Notes: generated from the letters alone by a model not told the origin. Shown: positions 25,740-35,469, counted from the stretch's first letter. The stretch: DNA of 64,000 nt from a bacterium (GCA_031362565.1 JANLSU010000048.1:1-64000), one strand, 5' to 3'. Numbers and translations: made by a program.

Positions 25740-25951
25740 AGTGTCGAAACGCTCCAACGGCCGGTGCAGCTCACCGGCCGTTGGGACGCTTCCGAGCGCC
25801 GCATTGCGCCAAAGACCCCAGAGTCGCAGCCCCGTGCCCCCACTTCAGGCGCGAACTGTAAAGATTTCATGCTTCGAAACGCGAAATTCTCCGGCACAAC
25901 GTGGTACAATGAAGCCGTTGACGCCCCACGGCTCTAACCCCGGAAGATTTC

Positions 25952-26515
25952 ATGCGTGCCTTTCTCGGGCTCGCCGCCGCCATCGTGGCATGTGCTACGG
26001 TCGCGAGCGCCGAGTCGTCCATCTGCGGCGATTGCTACCTGGGCGTCTATGACGATCTCGCGATGACACGCGTGTCCGGCGTGGCGTCGTCCTTTCAGGT
26101 GAAGAGTCTCTACCTTGGGTTGCGTTTAGGGCCGGGCGTGAACATTACGGATATCGATTTCTTCGCGTCGTATCCGGCGGGATTCGAAGTGATCGACGTC
26201 GAGTCCTATGTCCCGGGCGCGACCTACGAGACCGTGGGGCATGTGGCGCACGTCCACTGGCCGAGTTGCGTCGGTGGAAGCCTGGCGCTGTTCCGCGTCC
26301 GAGTGATCACCACCACCATGCCTCACAACGCGGTAGTGCAATTGCAAAGTGTGCTTGCAAAGCCCTGCGGCGGTGCGCCGGTTGAAGCATGGAGGATCCC
26401 AGCGGGTTGCTACGTACTCAACCCCGGCAGCAGCCGGCCGCCGTGCGCCACTGCGGTCGAGGCGTCGACATGGTCCCTTGTGAAAGGCCTTTTCAGAACG
26501 CTTGATTCGCGCTAG
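25952..26515 (+). CDS. Secreted hypothetical protein with C-terminal VEASTWSLVKGLFR tail
   Basis: Signal peptide, Cys pairs, tail shared with the 32-35 kb proteins. Confidence 0.75.
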   Translation: MRAFLGLAAAIVACATVASAESSICGDCYLGVYDDLAMTRVSGVASSFQVKSLYLGLRLGPGVNITDIDFFASYPAGFEVIDVESYVPGATYETVGHVAHVHWPSCVGGSLALFRVRVITTTMPHNAVVQLQSVLAKPCGGAPVEAWRIPAGCYVLNPGSSRPPCATAVEASTWSLVKGLFRTLDSR

Positions 26516-26582
26516 AGTGTCGGACGTACGCACCCTGGAGTCCTTCCTCCATGGCGCTGGTGTTTTTTCCGGGTCGTCTTCG

Positions 26583-26597
26583 TGGCACGGGATTTGT
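26583..26597 (+). promoter_or_regulatory. Putative sigma54 promoter
   Basis: TGGCACGGGATTTGT versus consensus TGGCACG-N4-TTGC; about 75 nt before ATG 26671. Confidence 0.5.
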
Positions 26598-26670
26598 TCG
26601 TACGAATTTCGCACGCCACTCTTCGGCTCCGGCCACTTTTCAACGGCTGAATACGAGGCCAAGACCACTT

Positions 26671-27810
26671 ATGGCACTGGATACGATAGCCATCCAACGA
26701 TTGTCCGCCGCGATCGCCGAAGCGATCGAGCAAGCAATAGCGCCGCTCACCGACGAGATCGAACAACTGCGCGCCGCGGTCCTCGACTTGCAGGAAGCCG
26801 CGGGACAACCCGCGTCACCGGCGGCGCCGCCACGGACCACGCCAACGCTAGAGATACGCGTTCCGGCGCCGCGCGCCGCGGCCACGATGCGGACTCGCGG
26901 CATCACCCATACACAGACCTGTCGCGTGCCGAGGTGTCCGGCACCGGTGCTCGCCAAGGAATTGTGCGAGACCCATTATCGCGCCATGCGGCGCGCCTCG
27001 TCGGCTGGCGAAAAATTCGACCCGCGTACGCAGCGCCCCGCCGGCGCGCGGCCGGTGTCGCGCGCGTGTGAGGAGCCCGGCTGCGACGACGCCCACTACG
27101 CCCGCGGCCTGTGCCGGCGGCACTACATGACACTGCGCGCCCGGGAACGCGCTGCCGAGCGCGGCGGGCCCGCGCCGGTCACGGTCAGCCGGACGCGTGA
27201 CACGGATGACGACCACGAATCGACGCGCCACGAGTTAGCGCCTTCGACACCGGCGCGCACCCCGGAATCGGTGCGGGCATTCGCCGCCGCGGAATTCGCC
27301 CCGACCTTCGACCTCGCGGTGGGCGGCGTGCCCGATCACAGCATCGTCGCAATGCCAACGGCGGAAGTCGTGGCGCGCGTCGTATCGCAGTATCGCGGCG
27401 GTCTCGCCAAAGTTGCGGAAGTCCTCGGGCGTAATCGCCGCACGCTCATGGAAATGCTCGAGAAACTCAATCTCATGGAGCACGTGGTCACCGTGCGCGC
27501 GACGGAACGCAAGCGGATCCTCGCAGCACCGCTCCGCGAACGCTTGGCGGACCTCCTGTTCCGGGAGAAACTGCTCGACGATCTCGGCTGCCTCAAGGAA
27601 GTCGACGAGTCGGCACGCGGCGAAATCCAACTGCGCTGTGCCAAGCTCGCCAAGACGTGCTCGACGCAGGAAGAATTGTTTTCCAAGCTCGCGATCGAGT
27701 GCGGACTCGAGGACGCCGGGATCAAACGGCTCGTCTGGCGCTATGACCTCCGCCGCCAGCTCCGCGGCCTGAAGTCGGCACGCCCGGCGCCGACCCGCGT
27801 GCACCCTTGA
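26671..27810 (+). CDS. Putative DNA-binding protein: coiled coil, two C-x4-C-x8-C-x2-H fingers, Fis-like HTH
   Basis: CRVPRCPAPVLAKELCETHY, CEEPGCDDAHYARGLCRRHY, GGLAKVAEVLGRNRRTL. Confidence 0.7.
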   Translation: MALDTIAIQRLSAAIAEAIEQAIAPLTDEIEQLRAAVLDLQEAAGQPASPAAPPRTTPTLEIRVPAPRAAATMRTRGITHTQTCRVPRCPAPVLAKELCETHYRAMRRASSAGEKFDPRTQRPAGARPVSRACEEPGCDDAHYARGLCRRHYMTLRARERAAERGGPAPVTVSRTRDTDDDHESTRHELAPSTPARTPESVRAFAAAEFAPTFDLAVGGVPDHSIVAMPTAEVVARVVSQYRGGLAKVAEVLGRNRRTLMEMLEKLNLMEHVVTVRATERKRILAAPLRERLADLLFREKLLDDLGCLKEVDESARGEIQLRCAKLAKTCSTQEELFSKLAIECGLEDAGIKRLVWRYDLRRQLRGLKSARPAPTRVHP

Positions 27811-27851
27811 ACCGGCACGCCGTTTGTCGCGGCGTCGCCGCCGCCTGACCG

Positions 27852-29027
27852 GTGAACCGCCGAGACGGCAGCCACCGGCGGCGATTTGAAGTCGCGTGCG
27901 TGGCGGCCGCCTGCCTCGCATTCGGTGGCTGTGGCCGGTCGGGAAACTGGATCGCGCCACAGTGGGCCGCGGAACCGCGCGCCGCGGAACCCGCGCCGGA
28001 CGAAATCGACACCCGCCTGTTGCTCATCGGCGATGCGGGCTTACCCGAAATCGACGCGGTTGAACCCGTCCTGCAGGCGTTGAGCGCCGAAGCCGCGACG
28101 CTCGCGGACCGCACTTGTATTGTCTTCCTCGGCGACAATGTGTATCCGCATGGCCTGCCGCCGGAAGCCGCCGGCGATCGAGCGCTGGCGGAGCGGCGCT
28201 TGAATGTGTCGCTGCAGGCAGCCGCCCGGTCCGGCGCGCGCGCCGTATTCGTGCCTGGCAATCACGACTACGCCCTCGACGGCTGGGTTGGGTGGGAGCG
28301 CGAACGCGCCTGGATCGAGTCGCGAAATCACCCCGGTGTGCAAGCGCGACCGCTCCACGGCGGCCCCGGGCCGGACGTTCTCGACCTCGGCGCTCAGGCG
28401 CGCCTGGTCTTCCTGGACTCGGAACGGTGGCTCCAAGGCGGCGTGGCTGGGGCCGACCCGCGCCAGACCGACCGCCGCATGACCGCCCAACTGGACTCGG
28501 TGCTGGCGGCGGCGGGATCACGGCATGTCATCGTCATGGCCCACCATCCACGCGCCTCGCACGGCCCCCACGGCGGATTCTTCACGTGGCGCGACCACCT
28601 CTTTCCGCTGACGGCAGCGGCCTCGTGGGCGTGGATTCCGCTGCCGGTCGTCGGTTCGCTGTACCCGCTCGCGCGCCGCCTCGGCATCACCCATCAGGAT
28701 CTGTCGAGCGGCCGGTATCGCGCCCTGCGACGCGGCCTCGAGCAGGCATTCCTCCGCCACCCGCCGCTCGCTGCCGTGGGCGGCCACGAGCACACGCTTC
28801 AAGTGCTTGAATCGCCCGGTGGAGGCTGGAATCTGGTGAGCGGCGCCGGGACGATTTCGCGCTCCGAAGCCGTCGGCCAGGGCGCCGATTCGCGCTTCAC
28901 TTGCGGTTGTCCGGGATTCATGAAGCTCGATCTTCTGCGCGACGGACGCGTCCGGCTCGAAGTCATCGAGGTCGACGCTGTGGGGCGCGTCTCCCGGCCG
29001 CTCGCGCGCTGGCTCGCGGCGCCATGA
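27852..29027 (+). CDS. Calcineurin-like metallophosphoesterase (probable lipoprotein)
   Basis: IGDAG, FLGDNVY, PGNHD, AHHP, GGHEH. Confidence 0.88.
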   Translation: MNRRDGSHRRRFEVACVAAACLAFGGCGRSGNWIAPQWAAEPRAAEPAPDEIDTRLLLIGDAGLPEIDAVEPVLQALSAEAATLADRTCIVFLGDNVYPHGLPPEAAGDRALAERRLNVSLQAAARSGARAVFVPGNHDYALDGWVGWERERAWIESRNHPGVQARPLHGGPGPDVLDLGAQARLVFLDSERWLQGGVAGADPRQTDRRMTAQLDSVLAAAGSRHVIVMAHHPRASHGPHGGFFTWRDHLFPLTAAASWAWIPLPVVGSLYPLARRLGITHQDLSSGRYRALRRGLEQAFLRHPPLAAVGGHEHTLQVLESPGGGWNLVSGAGTISRSEAVGQGADSRFTCGCPGFMKLDLLRDGRVRLEVIEVDAVGRVSRPLARWLAAP

Positions 29028-29119
29028 CGGTGCGCTGGTCGCGCGCCTCCCTGCTGGCGCCTGCCGCAGCAGCCCCGTAGACTGTCGGACAAGCGGCTCA
29101 CTTCATCGGAGGCAGTGAC

Positions 29120-30517
29120 ATGGCGGACTTGCGCGTGCATTTCGCCGGCATCGAGTCCCCCAATCCGTTCTGGCTCGCCTCGGGGCCGCCCACCAATTCG
29201 GGCGATCAAGTGCGCCGGGCCTTCGATCTGGGATGGGGCGGCGCGGTGTGGAAAACGGTCGGCGAGCCCATCGTCAACGTTTGCTCCCGTTACTCGTCGG
29301 TCGACTTCGGCGGCCAGCGCATGATGGGCCTCAACAACATCGAACTCATCAGCGACCGGCCGATCGTCGAGAACCTGCGCGAGATCGCCGCCGTCAAGAA
29401 ACAGTATCCGCGCCACACCGTCATCGTCTCGCTGATGGTGGAATCGACCCGCGAAGCGTGGCACGACATCGTCAAGCGCGCCGAAGACACCGGTGCCGAC
29501 GGGCTCGAGCTCAACTTCGGATGTCCGCATGGCATGAGCGAGCGCGGGATGGGCGCCGCAGTCGGCCAAGTGCCGGACTACACCTGCCAAATCGTCGAGT
29601 GGGTCAAGGAAGTGGCGCGCACGCCGGTCATCGTCAAGCTGACGCCGAACGTGACCGATGTGCGGTATATCGGCCGCGCCGCCGTCAAAGCCGGCGCCGA
29701 TGCCGTGTCGCTCATCAACACCATCAACAGCATCACCGGCATCGATCTCGAGGACTTCGTGCCGCGGCCGCGGGTCGGCACATTGTCGTCGCACGGCGGC
29801 TACTGCGGCCCGGCGGTCAAACCCATCGCTTTGAACCTGGTGTCGCAGATCGGCACCGACGCCGATTGCCGGCGCATCCCGATGTCGGGGATCGGTGGCG
29901 TGACGTCATGGACCGATGCGGCCGAGTTCATCGCCCTCGGTTGTTCTACGGTGCAGGTTTGCACCGCCGCCATGCACTACGGATTCCGCATCGTCGAGGA
30001 CCTGGTGGACGGCCTCTCGGGGTGGATGGATGAACGCGGCTACGAGACGATCGAAGACTTCCGGGGCCGGGCGCTGCCGCACGTCAGCGATTGGGGCCAT
30101 CTCGATCTCAACTATAAGATCGTGGCGCATATCGACACCGCCAAATGCATCGGCTGCCAACTGTGCTACGTCGCCTGTCAAGACACTGCACATCAGTGCA
30201 TCTACGTGGGCGATGCGCTGGAAACGAACGGCACGCCGCGGGCGCCCAAGGGCGCCTCGGCAAGCGCCGGCCATGCACCGGCTTTCGTGCCCGAGGCGTT
30301 CCGGGTGCGCGGTGAACCGATGCGCGCGCCGGTCACCGGGCACGGCGTTTTGGGGCCGGAGAACCTCGCGGCGCGCATCCCATGGGTCAAGGAAGACGAC
30401 TGCGTCGGTTGCAACCTGTGCATGTTGGTGTGTCCGGTACCCGAGTGCATCACCATGGTCGAGCTCGACACCGGCCGTAAACCCGAGAGCTGGAACGAAC
30501 GCCAGCGCCGCAAGTAA
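29120..30517 (+). CDS. preA: NAD-dependent dihydropyrimidine dehydrogenase subunit
   Basis: NPFWLASGPPT, GLNNIELISDR, ELNFGCPHGMSERGMG, GGYCGPAVKPIAL, two 4Fe-4S motifs. Confidence 0.93.
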   Translation: MADLRVHFAGIESPNPFWLASGPPTNSGDQVRRAFDLGWGGAVWKTVGEPIVNVCSRYSSVDFGGQRMMGLNNIELISDRPIVENLREIAAVKKQYPRHTVIVSLMVESTREAWHDIVKRAEDTGADGLELNFGCPHGMSERGMGAAVGQVPDYTCQIVEWVKEVARTPVIVKLTPNVTDVRYIGRAAVKAGADAVSLINTINSITGIDLEDFVPRPRVGTLSSHGGYCGPAVKPIALNLVSQIGTDADCRRIPMSGIGGVTSWTDAAEFIALGCSTVQVCTAAMHYGFRIVEDLVDGLSGWMDERGYETIEDFRGRALPHVSDWGHLDLNYKIVAHIDTAKCIGCQLCYVACQDTAHQCIYVGDALETNGTPRAPKGASASAGHAPAFVPEAFRVRGEPMRAPVTGHGVLGPENLAARIPWVKEDDCVGCNLCMLVCPVPECITMVELDTGRKPESWNERQRRK

Positions 30518-30849
30518 TGCAACCGGACGTCCTCGACACGACGGCGATCGAATGGCGCAACTTCGCGGACGCTCCCGGCGTGCGCTACAAAGTGCTGCGG
30601 CATCACGCCGGCCGCACCGGCATCACGTTGCTGTTGGAATTCGCGCCCGGTGCGTCCTATCCGGTACACCGGCATCCCGGCGGCGAGGAATACTACGTGC
30701 TGCAGGGCGTGCTCCAGGATGGGCGGCGCGAATACGGCGCCCACACTTTCGTTTGGCATCCCCCCGGTTCGGTGCACCGGCCGGCGAGCCGCTCCGGATG
30801 TACGCTCCTCATCACCTTGCCGGCGCACATCGAGCGGCTCGATGACTGA
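30517..30849 (+). CDS. ChrR-like cupin domain protein
   Basis: HRHPGGEEYYVLQG, HPPGSVHRP. Confidence 0.85.
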   Translation: MQPDVLDTTAIEWRNFADAPGVRYKVLRHHAGRTGITLLLEFAPGASYPVHRHPGGEEYYVLQGVLQDGRREYGAHTFVWHPPGSVHRPASRSGCTLLITLPAHIERLDD

Positions 30850-31909
30850 CGCTCCCGCGGCGCGCTACGACATCGGCGCATTGTTGCCGGGCGTCGGGGT
30901 ATTCGGCGGCGTGCGCCGTTTCCTCGCCTTGGGGAACGAACTCGTGTCGCGCGGCCATCGCTTCACGCTCTACCACCCGGCCGGTGAGCCGCCCACCTGG
31001 ATGCCGTTTACGGGCCTGACCCGCCCACTCGCCGGGCTCGATGCCGGGCGCCACGACGTCCTCCTCTGCGGCGAGCCGACACTTCTGCCGTTGTTCGAGG
31101 CGGCGAGCGCCCGTCTCAAGCTCTTCTATTGTGTGCTCGAGAAACTGCCCGGCGAGCGGCACATCGTGCGGCATCCCGGCTGGGTCGTGGTCGCGAATTC
31201 GACGGGCATCCGCGACCGGCTCTGGCGGCGCTACCGGGTACGGGCCGAGCCCGCCATCGGCGGCGTCGATCTGGCGCTGTTCCACCCCATGGGCCCCTGG
31301 CCACCCGCCCGCCGCGAGCCGTTTCGCGTTCTGGCGTACGGGCGCTTCTCCCGGGCCCGCAAGGGCTCGGCCCTCGTCCTGCGCGCCGCCGAGGCACTCG
31401 CGGCCGGGCTTGCGGCGGCGCGACCGCGGCGGGAACCCGCGAACGTCCAACCCGTGCAACTCGTCCTCTTCGACCACGTGGGCCCGGGCAACGAACAAGA
31501 CCCGCGCTCCAACCTGGCGGCGCGGCTGCCGGTCGAATTCCACCTCAACCTGGCCCAGCCGGACTTGGCGGCGCTGTACTCGAGCTGCGACGTCTTCGTC
31601 AGCGCCGAGCGGCGGGCCGGTTGGAACAACACGGTCGCCGAAGCCATGGCCTGCGGCCTGCCGGTCGTCTGCACCGCGAGCGGCACGCGCGACTTGGCGC
31701 GGCACCACTCGACCGCTTGGCTGGTGCGCTGGCGGCACCCTTTCTTTCTCAGCCGCGGCCTGGCGGCGCTCGAGCGCGACCCGGCGCTTCGCGACCGCCT
31801 GCGAGCCGGGGCGCTGGAGCGGGTTCGGGGCTACGGCTGGCCGGCGGTGGCGGATCAGATCGAGGCGGTGATCGCCCGTCGCCTCGACCGGCAGTCGCCG
31901 CGGTCTTGA
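30842..31909 (+). CDS. Glycosyltransferase family 4
   Basis: FGGVRR, YSSCDVFVS, EAMACGLPVV. Confidence 0.88.
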   Translation: MTDAPAARYDIGALLPGVGVFGGVRRFLALGNELVSRGHRFTLYHPAGEPPTWMPFTGLTRPLAGLDAGRHDVLLCGEPTLLPLFEAASARLKLFYCVLEKLPGERHIVRHPGWVVVANSTGIRDRLWRRYRVRAEPAIGGVDLALFHPMGPWPPARREPFRVLAYGRFSRARKGSALVLRAAEALAAGLAAARPRREPANVQPVQLVLFDHVGPGNEQDPRSNLAARLPVEFHLNLAQPDLAALYSSCDVFVSAERRAGWNNTVAEAMACGLPVVCTASGTRDLARHHSTAWLVRWRHPFFLSRGLAALERDPALRDRLRAGALERVRGYGWPAVADQIEAVIARRLDRQSPRS

Positions 31910-31969
31910 ATCCGGGGCCGGCGGGCCGCCGCCACGACGACGCGGACGTGCGCAACTGCTTTGCACCCT

Positions 31970-31999
31970 TTGACTTTCAGTCGCGACTCGCGATACCAT
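31970..31999 (+). promoter_or_regulatory. Putative sigma70 promoter of pair A1-B1
   Basis: TTGACT-N18-TACCAT; same layout at 33777-33806. Confidence 0.55.
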
Positions 32000-32265
32000 G
32001 GGGGCACTGCTGGTCGCCCTGCGGGTCCATTCTGCCGTGGATCGGATTCGCGCCCCTCTCGCTCCAGTGTTGCACGCGGAGCAGCGAGGTTCGAAGGCAG
32101 CGGAGGAAGAGCAGCCGACGCGGTTTGGAAACGAACGCGCGTCGAATGAGATCACAGCTGTGGTGCTGATCGTTTGCACCCGACGTTGCGTTGTATCCAC
32201 GCTGTGCCCGTCGTATCTGCGCCCACCTACGCGCGGATTCGGCTCGCAAGGGGGAAACCGATCCG

Positions 32266-32934
32266 ATGAAGAGAGTGTCGTTGCTCACCACGGCCGCCAT
32301 GCTCCTGCTCGCGGGAAGCGCTGCGGCCCAGAACGCTCTGATCGACTATCAGGGCTACTCCTACGAGACCGGTGGATTTCCGGTCAGCAATCCCGGCGAC
32401 GTTTTGTCGATCGTCGGGGTCGTCGACAATCTCGATGCACGCTTCGGCGTGAATCTGGCCGTTGACGAAGTAACTCTGTACGTCACGAATCTCGTTTCGA
32501 CGGGCCAGGTCGACCAGGGCGGCGGAGTCCTCTCCATCGCCTACGGCGGCGGCTCCATCGATCTGTACCGCGACCCGAGCCGTGATCACGATTACGGCAT
32601 CTCGCCGCCCAACGCGACCGCACCGTCGACGTTCACGAACGGCGCATTGTTCCTGGGCGGAACGCTCAACAGTTTCTTCATGTTCTACGATTCCGCGACC
32701 GGCAGCGGGGCGTACGAAGGCAATGCGTCCTTCACGGCAGGAAGCGGTTTGGTGACGCTGAACCAGTTGAATGCGGCAGGATACACATTTGGTGGAACCC
32801 TCGGTTCCGCAGCATCCGGTGGCAACGTTCCGGCGGGTTACGACCTGCAGGTCGACGGCGTCATCGAAGTCGAAGTCATCGTCGGCGTCGAGCAGAAGAG
32901 CTGGGGCGCCGTGAAGGACCTGTACCGCCGCTGA
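32266..32934 (+). CDS. Secreted protein A1 with SWGAVKDLYRR tail
   Basis: Signal peptide; Gly/Thr/Ser-rich beta-type body; paralog of 34066-34734. Confidence 0.88.
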   Translation: MKRVSLLTTAAMLLLAGSAAAQNALIDYQGYSYETGGFPVSNPGDVLSIVGVVDNLDARFGVNLAVDEVTLYVTNLVSTGQVDQGGGVLSIAYGGGSIDLYRDPSRDHDYGISPPNATAPSTFTNGALFLGGTLNSFFMFYDSATGSGAYEGNASFTAGSGLVTLNQLNAAGYTFGGTLGSAASGGNVPAGYDLQVDGVIEVEVIVGVEQKSWGAVKDLYRR

Positions 32935-32998
32935 TCGCGGTCGAACCCAATTTGTCGAACACACACATCGTAGGATGAGGTTCGTTCCGGAGGTTTTC

Positions 32999-33622
32999 AT
33001 GCACATCAAAGCGACTGCAGCTTCGCTGGCCGTGGTGGCGTTGCTGGCCAGCGCCGGTGCCGCGGTGGCGGATCCGCCCAACTTCGATTTCTTCGGCTAC
33101 GCGCAGGTCCCGGCAGCGCCCGGGGGCGGACTCATCGTCCGCAGCGTGTTGACGAACAACGGGGTCGTCCCGACGCCCATCGTTCTCGACTTCACCACCA
33201 AGCAGTACACACTGGTGATCACCGGCACGTTCGCAAGCGCCGCCGGCATCGCGCAGCAGTACAGCGGCGGTACGTTGTCGATCTACGAGGACGCGATCGG
33301 CGGCGGAACGGCGGCAAACTATGCGAGCCCGGCGACCTTCACCGACGGCACGTTGATTCTGACCGGCGTCGTGGACGGCAACCTGACCCGCAACACGTTC
33401 ACGCCGACGCTCGGCAACTTCATTGCCAAGATCGACTTCACCGGCGGCACCCGCTTGGGGAGCCTGAGCACGCCCCAGGACTGGCCGTGCGGCGGCGGCT
33501 GGAGCCGGAGCGTTTCCGGGATCCCGGCCGGCTACCAAGAGAACTGGGACGGCAAGATCGACCTCGCGGTCGTTGGCGTCGAGAGCAAGAGCTGGGAAGG
33601 CGTCAAGGCCCTCTACCGCTGA
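32999..33622 (+). CDS. Secreted protein B1 with SWEGVKALYR tail
   Basis: RBS GGAGG; signal peptide; paralog of 34783-35406. Confidence 0.88.
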   Translation: MHIKATAASLAVVALLASAGAAVADPPNFDFFGYAQVPAAPGGGLIVRSVLTNNGVVPTPIVLDFTTKQYTLVITGTFASAAGIAQQYSGGTLSIYEDAIGGGTAANYASPATFTDGTLILTGVVDGNLTRNTFTPTLGNFIAKIDFTGGTRLGSLSTPQDWPCGGGWSRSVSGIPAGYQENWDGKIDLAVVGVESKSWEGVKALYR

Positions 33623-33647
33623 TCTCGAGCCCCGATCCGCTGCACAC

Positions 33648-33687
33648 TCGGCCCGGCTTCCTCCTGGAGGCCGGGCCGAATGCTTTT
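33648..33687 (+). terminator. Intrinsic terminator after B1
   Basis: TCGGCCCGGCTTCC/GGAGGCCGGGCCGA stem followed by ATGCTTTT. Confidence 0.65.
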
Positions 33688-33776
33688 GGGGCCGGTTTGC
33701 CCCCTCACCCAGGGACCGGCGGCGCCTGGAACCGAATAAGATTCGGAACGAGCGCGACTTGTCGCCAAGCAGCGGT

Positions 33777-33806
33777 TTGACTTTCCAGGCTCCGGCCTGA
33801 TAGGAT
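33777..33806 (+). promoter_or_regulatory. Putative sigma70 promoter of pair A2-B2
   Basis: TTGACT-N18-TAGGAT, about 260 nt upstream of ATG as for pair 1. Confidence 0.55.
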
Positions 33807-34065
33807 GGCCGCGATCCGTACAGCAGCCCTCGGAGCGATTCACGTTCTCTGCACGTTGATCGTTTTGGGAAAAGCCGCCGGAGTCATCTTTCGAACTGCT
33901 GGCATCACGATTCATGCATGCACCAGCTCGCGGTTCGGTTGCCGTCCGAGTGTTCAGCGACACGCGATGGAGTCCGTCTCCTCTGCACTTGTGGTTCGAC
34001 ATCTGCGCCGTCACCGTTGACGCGAATCGCGCGACAGCGTGACCTCGTAGGGAGGGAAGCCTCGG

Positions 34066-34734
34066 ATGAAAAAAACCAACTTCATGATCGCCGCGATGGC
34101 GCTTTTGGTGAGCAGCGCCGCTCACGCGAACGTTGCCATCATCGACTACCAAGGCTACGCGTGGGAAACGGGCGGCTTGCCGCTCAGTAATCCCGGCGAT
34201 GTGCTCTCGGTTGTGGGCGTCGTCGACGCGCTCGACGCCAGCTTCGGCGTCAACCTGTTGATCGACGAAGTCACGGTCTACGCCTCGGGTCTCGTGTCGA
34301 CCGGCCAAATCGACCTGGGCGGTGGGGTGCTTTCCGTGTCGTACACCGGCGGCACGCTCGAGCTCTGGCGCGATCCAAGCCGCGACCACGACTACGGTGT
34401 GTCGCCGCCGAACACCACCGCACCGCCGACGTTCGTAAACGGCGGGCTCTTCTTGGGCGGCACGTTCCAGAATTTCTTCCTGTTCCTCGACACGTCCACC
34501 GGGACCGGCGCTTTCCAGGGCGACGTCGCCTTCACGGCCGGCAGTGGAATCGCGGCGCTGAGCGCCCTGCAGCCCAACGGGTTCACGTTCGGAGGAACCT
34601 TGAATTCGGCGGCGTCCGGCGGCAACGTGCCGGCGGGATACGACATGCAAGTCGACGGAACGCTGCAAGTAGAAATCGTCACGGGCGTCGAGGACAAGAG
34701 CTGGGGCGCCGTGAAGGAAATGTACAGACGGTAA
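34066..34734 (+). CDS. Secreted protein A2 with SWGAVKEMYRR tail
   Basis: Paralog of A1 (IDYQGY..ETGG, RDPSRDHDYG.SPPN, GGNVPAGYD.QVDG). Confidence 0.9.
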   Translation: MKKTNFMIAAMALLVSSAAHANVAIIDYQGYAWETGGLPLSNPGDVLSVVGVVDALDASFGVNLLIDEVTVYASGLVSTGQIDLGGGVLSVSYTGGTLELWRDPSRDHDYGVSPPNTTAPPTFVNGGLFLGGTFQNFFLFLDTSTGTGAFQGDVAFTAGSGIAALSALQPNGFTFGGTLNSAASGGNVPAGYDMQVDGTLQVEIVTGVEDKSWGAVKEMYRR

Positions 34735-34782
34735 TCGGGCGACATCGCTTCAACCCTTGGCAACGCGGTCCCGGAGGTTCAA

Positions 34783-35406
34783 ATGAGAGTGAAAGTTCTC
34801 GCTGCTGCGCTGGCTCTGGGGGCGCTGGTGACCAGCCCAGTCGCCCGGGCGGCCGATCCGCCAAACTTCGACTTCAACGGCTACGCCCAGGTGTCGGACG
34901 TGCTCGCCAGCAGCCTGACCATGCGTAGCGTGCTCACGAACAACGGCGTCGTGCCGACGCCGATCGTGCTCGATTTCACGACCAAGCAGTACACGCTCGT
35001 CCTCACGGGGACGCTGAGCAGCATCGTGGGCATCGCGCGCAACTACTCGGCAGCGACGTGCGCGGTCTACGAAGATGCAATCGGCGGCGGCACCGCGGCG
35101 GACTACGCGAATCCCGCCACCTTCACCGACGGCACCGTGATTCTGTCGGGGAACTTCGATGGTTTCCTGGTGCGCAACCGGTTCACGGCGACGCTCGGCA
35201 ATTTCATCGGCAAAGTTGATTTCAACGCCGGAACGCGCCTCGGGGACATGGTGACGGCACAGGACTGGCCGTGCGGCGGCGGTTGGAGCCGGACGGTGTC
35301 CGGGATCCCGGCCGGCTACCAGGAGAACTGGGACGGCAAGATCGACCTCGCACCGGTCGGAGTCAACAACCTGGGCTGGGACGGCGTGAAGCAGCTCTTC
35401 CGCTGA
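34783..35406 (+). CDS. Secreted protein B2 with GWDGVKQLFR tail
   Basis: Paralog of B1 (DPPNFDF, RSVLTNNGVVPTPIVLDFTTKQYTLV, QDWPCGGGWSR). Confidence 0.9.
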   Translation: MRVKVLAAALALGALVTSPVARAADPPNFDFNGYAQVSDVLASSLTMRSVLTNNGVVPTPIVLDFTTKQYTLVLTGTLSSIVGIARNYSAATCAVYEDAIGGGTAADYANPATFTDGTVILSGNFDGFLVRNRFTATLGNFIGKVDFNAGTRLGDMVTAQDWPCGGGWSRTVSGIPAGYQENWDGKIDLAPVGVNNLGWDGVKQLFR

Positions 35407-35430
35407 GCCTTTGCAAAGAATCACCGCGGG

Positions 35431-35465
35431 AACGGCCTGGTCTTCGGACCGGGCCGTTTTCTTTC
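35431..35465 (+). terminator. Intrinsic terminator after B2
   Basis: ACGGCCTGGTC-TTCG-GACCGGGCCGT followed by TTTCTTT. Confidence 0.8.
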
Positions 35466-35469
35466 GGTG

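Noticed and set aside
32266..35406. PEP-CTERM or sortase substrates
   Set aside because: No PEP or LPXTG motif and no hydrophobic transmembrane segment at the C-terminus
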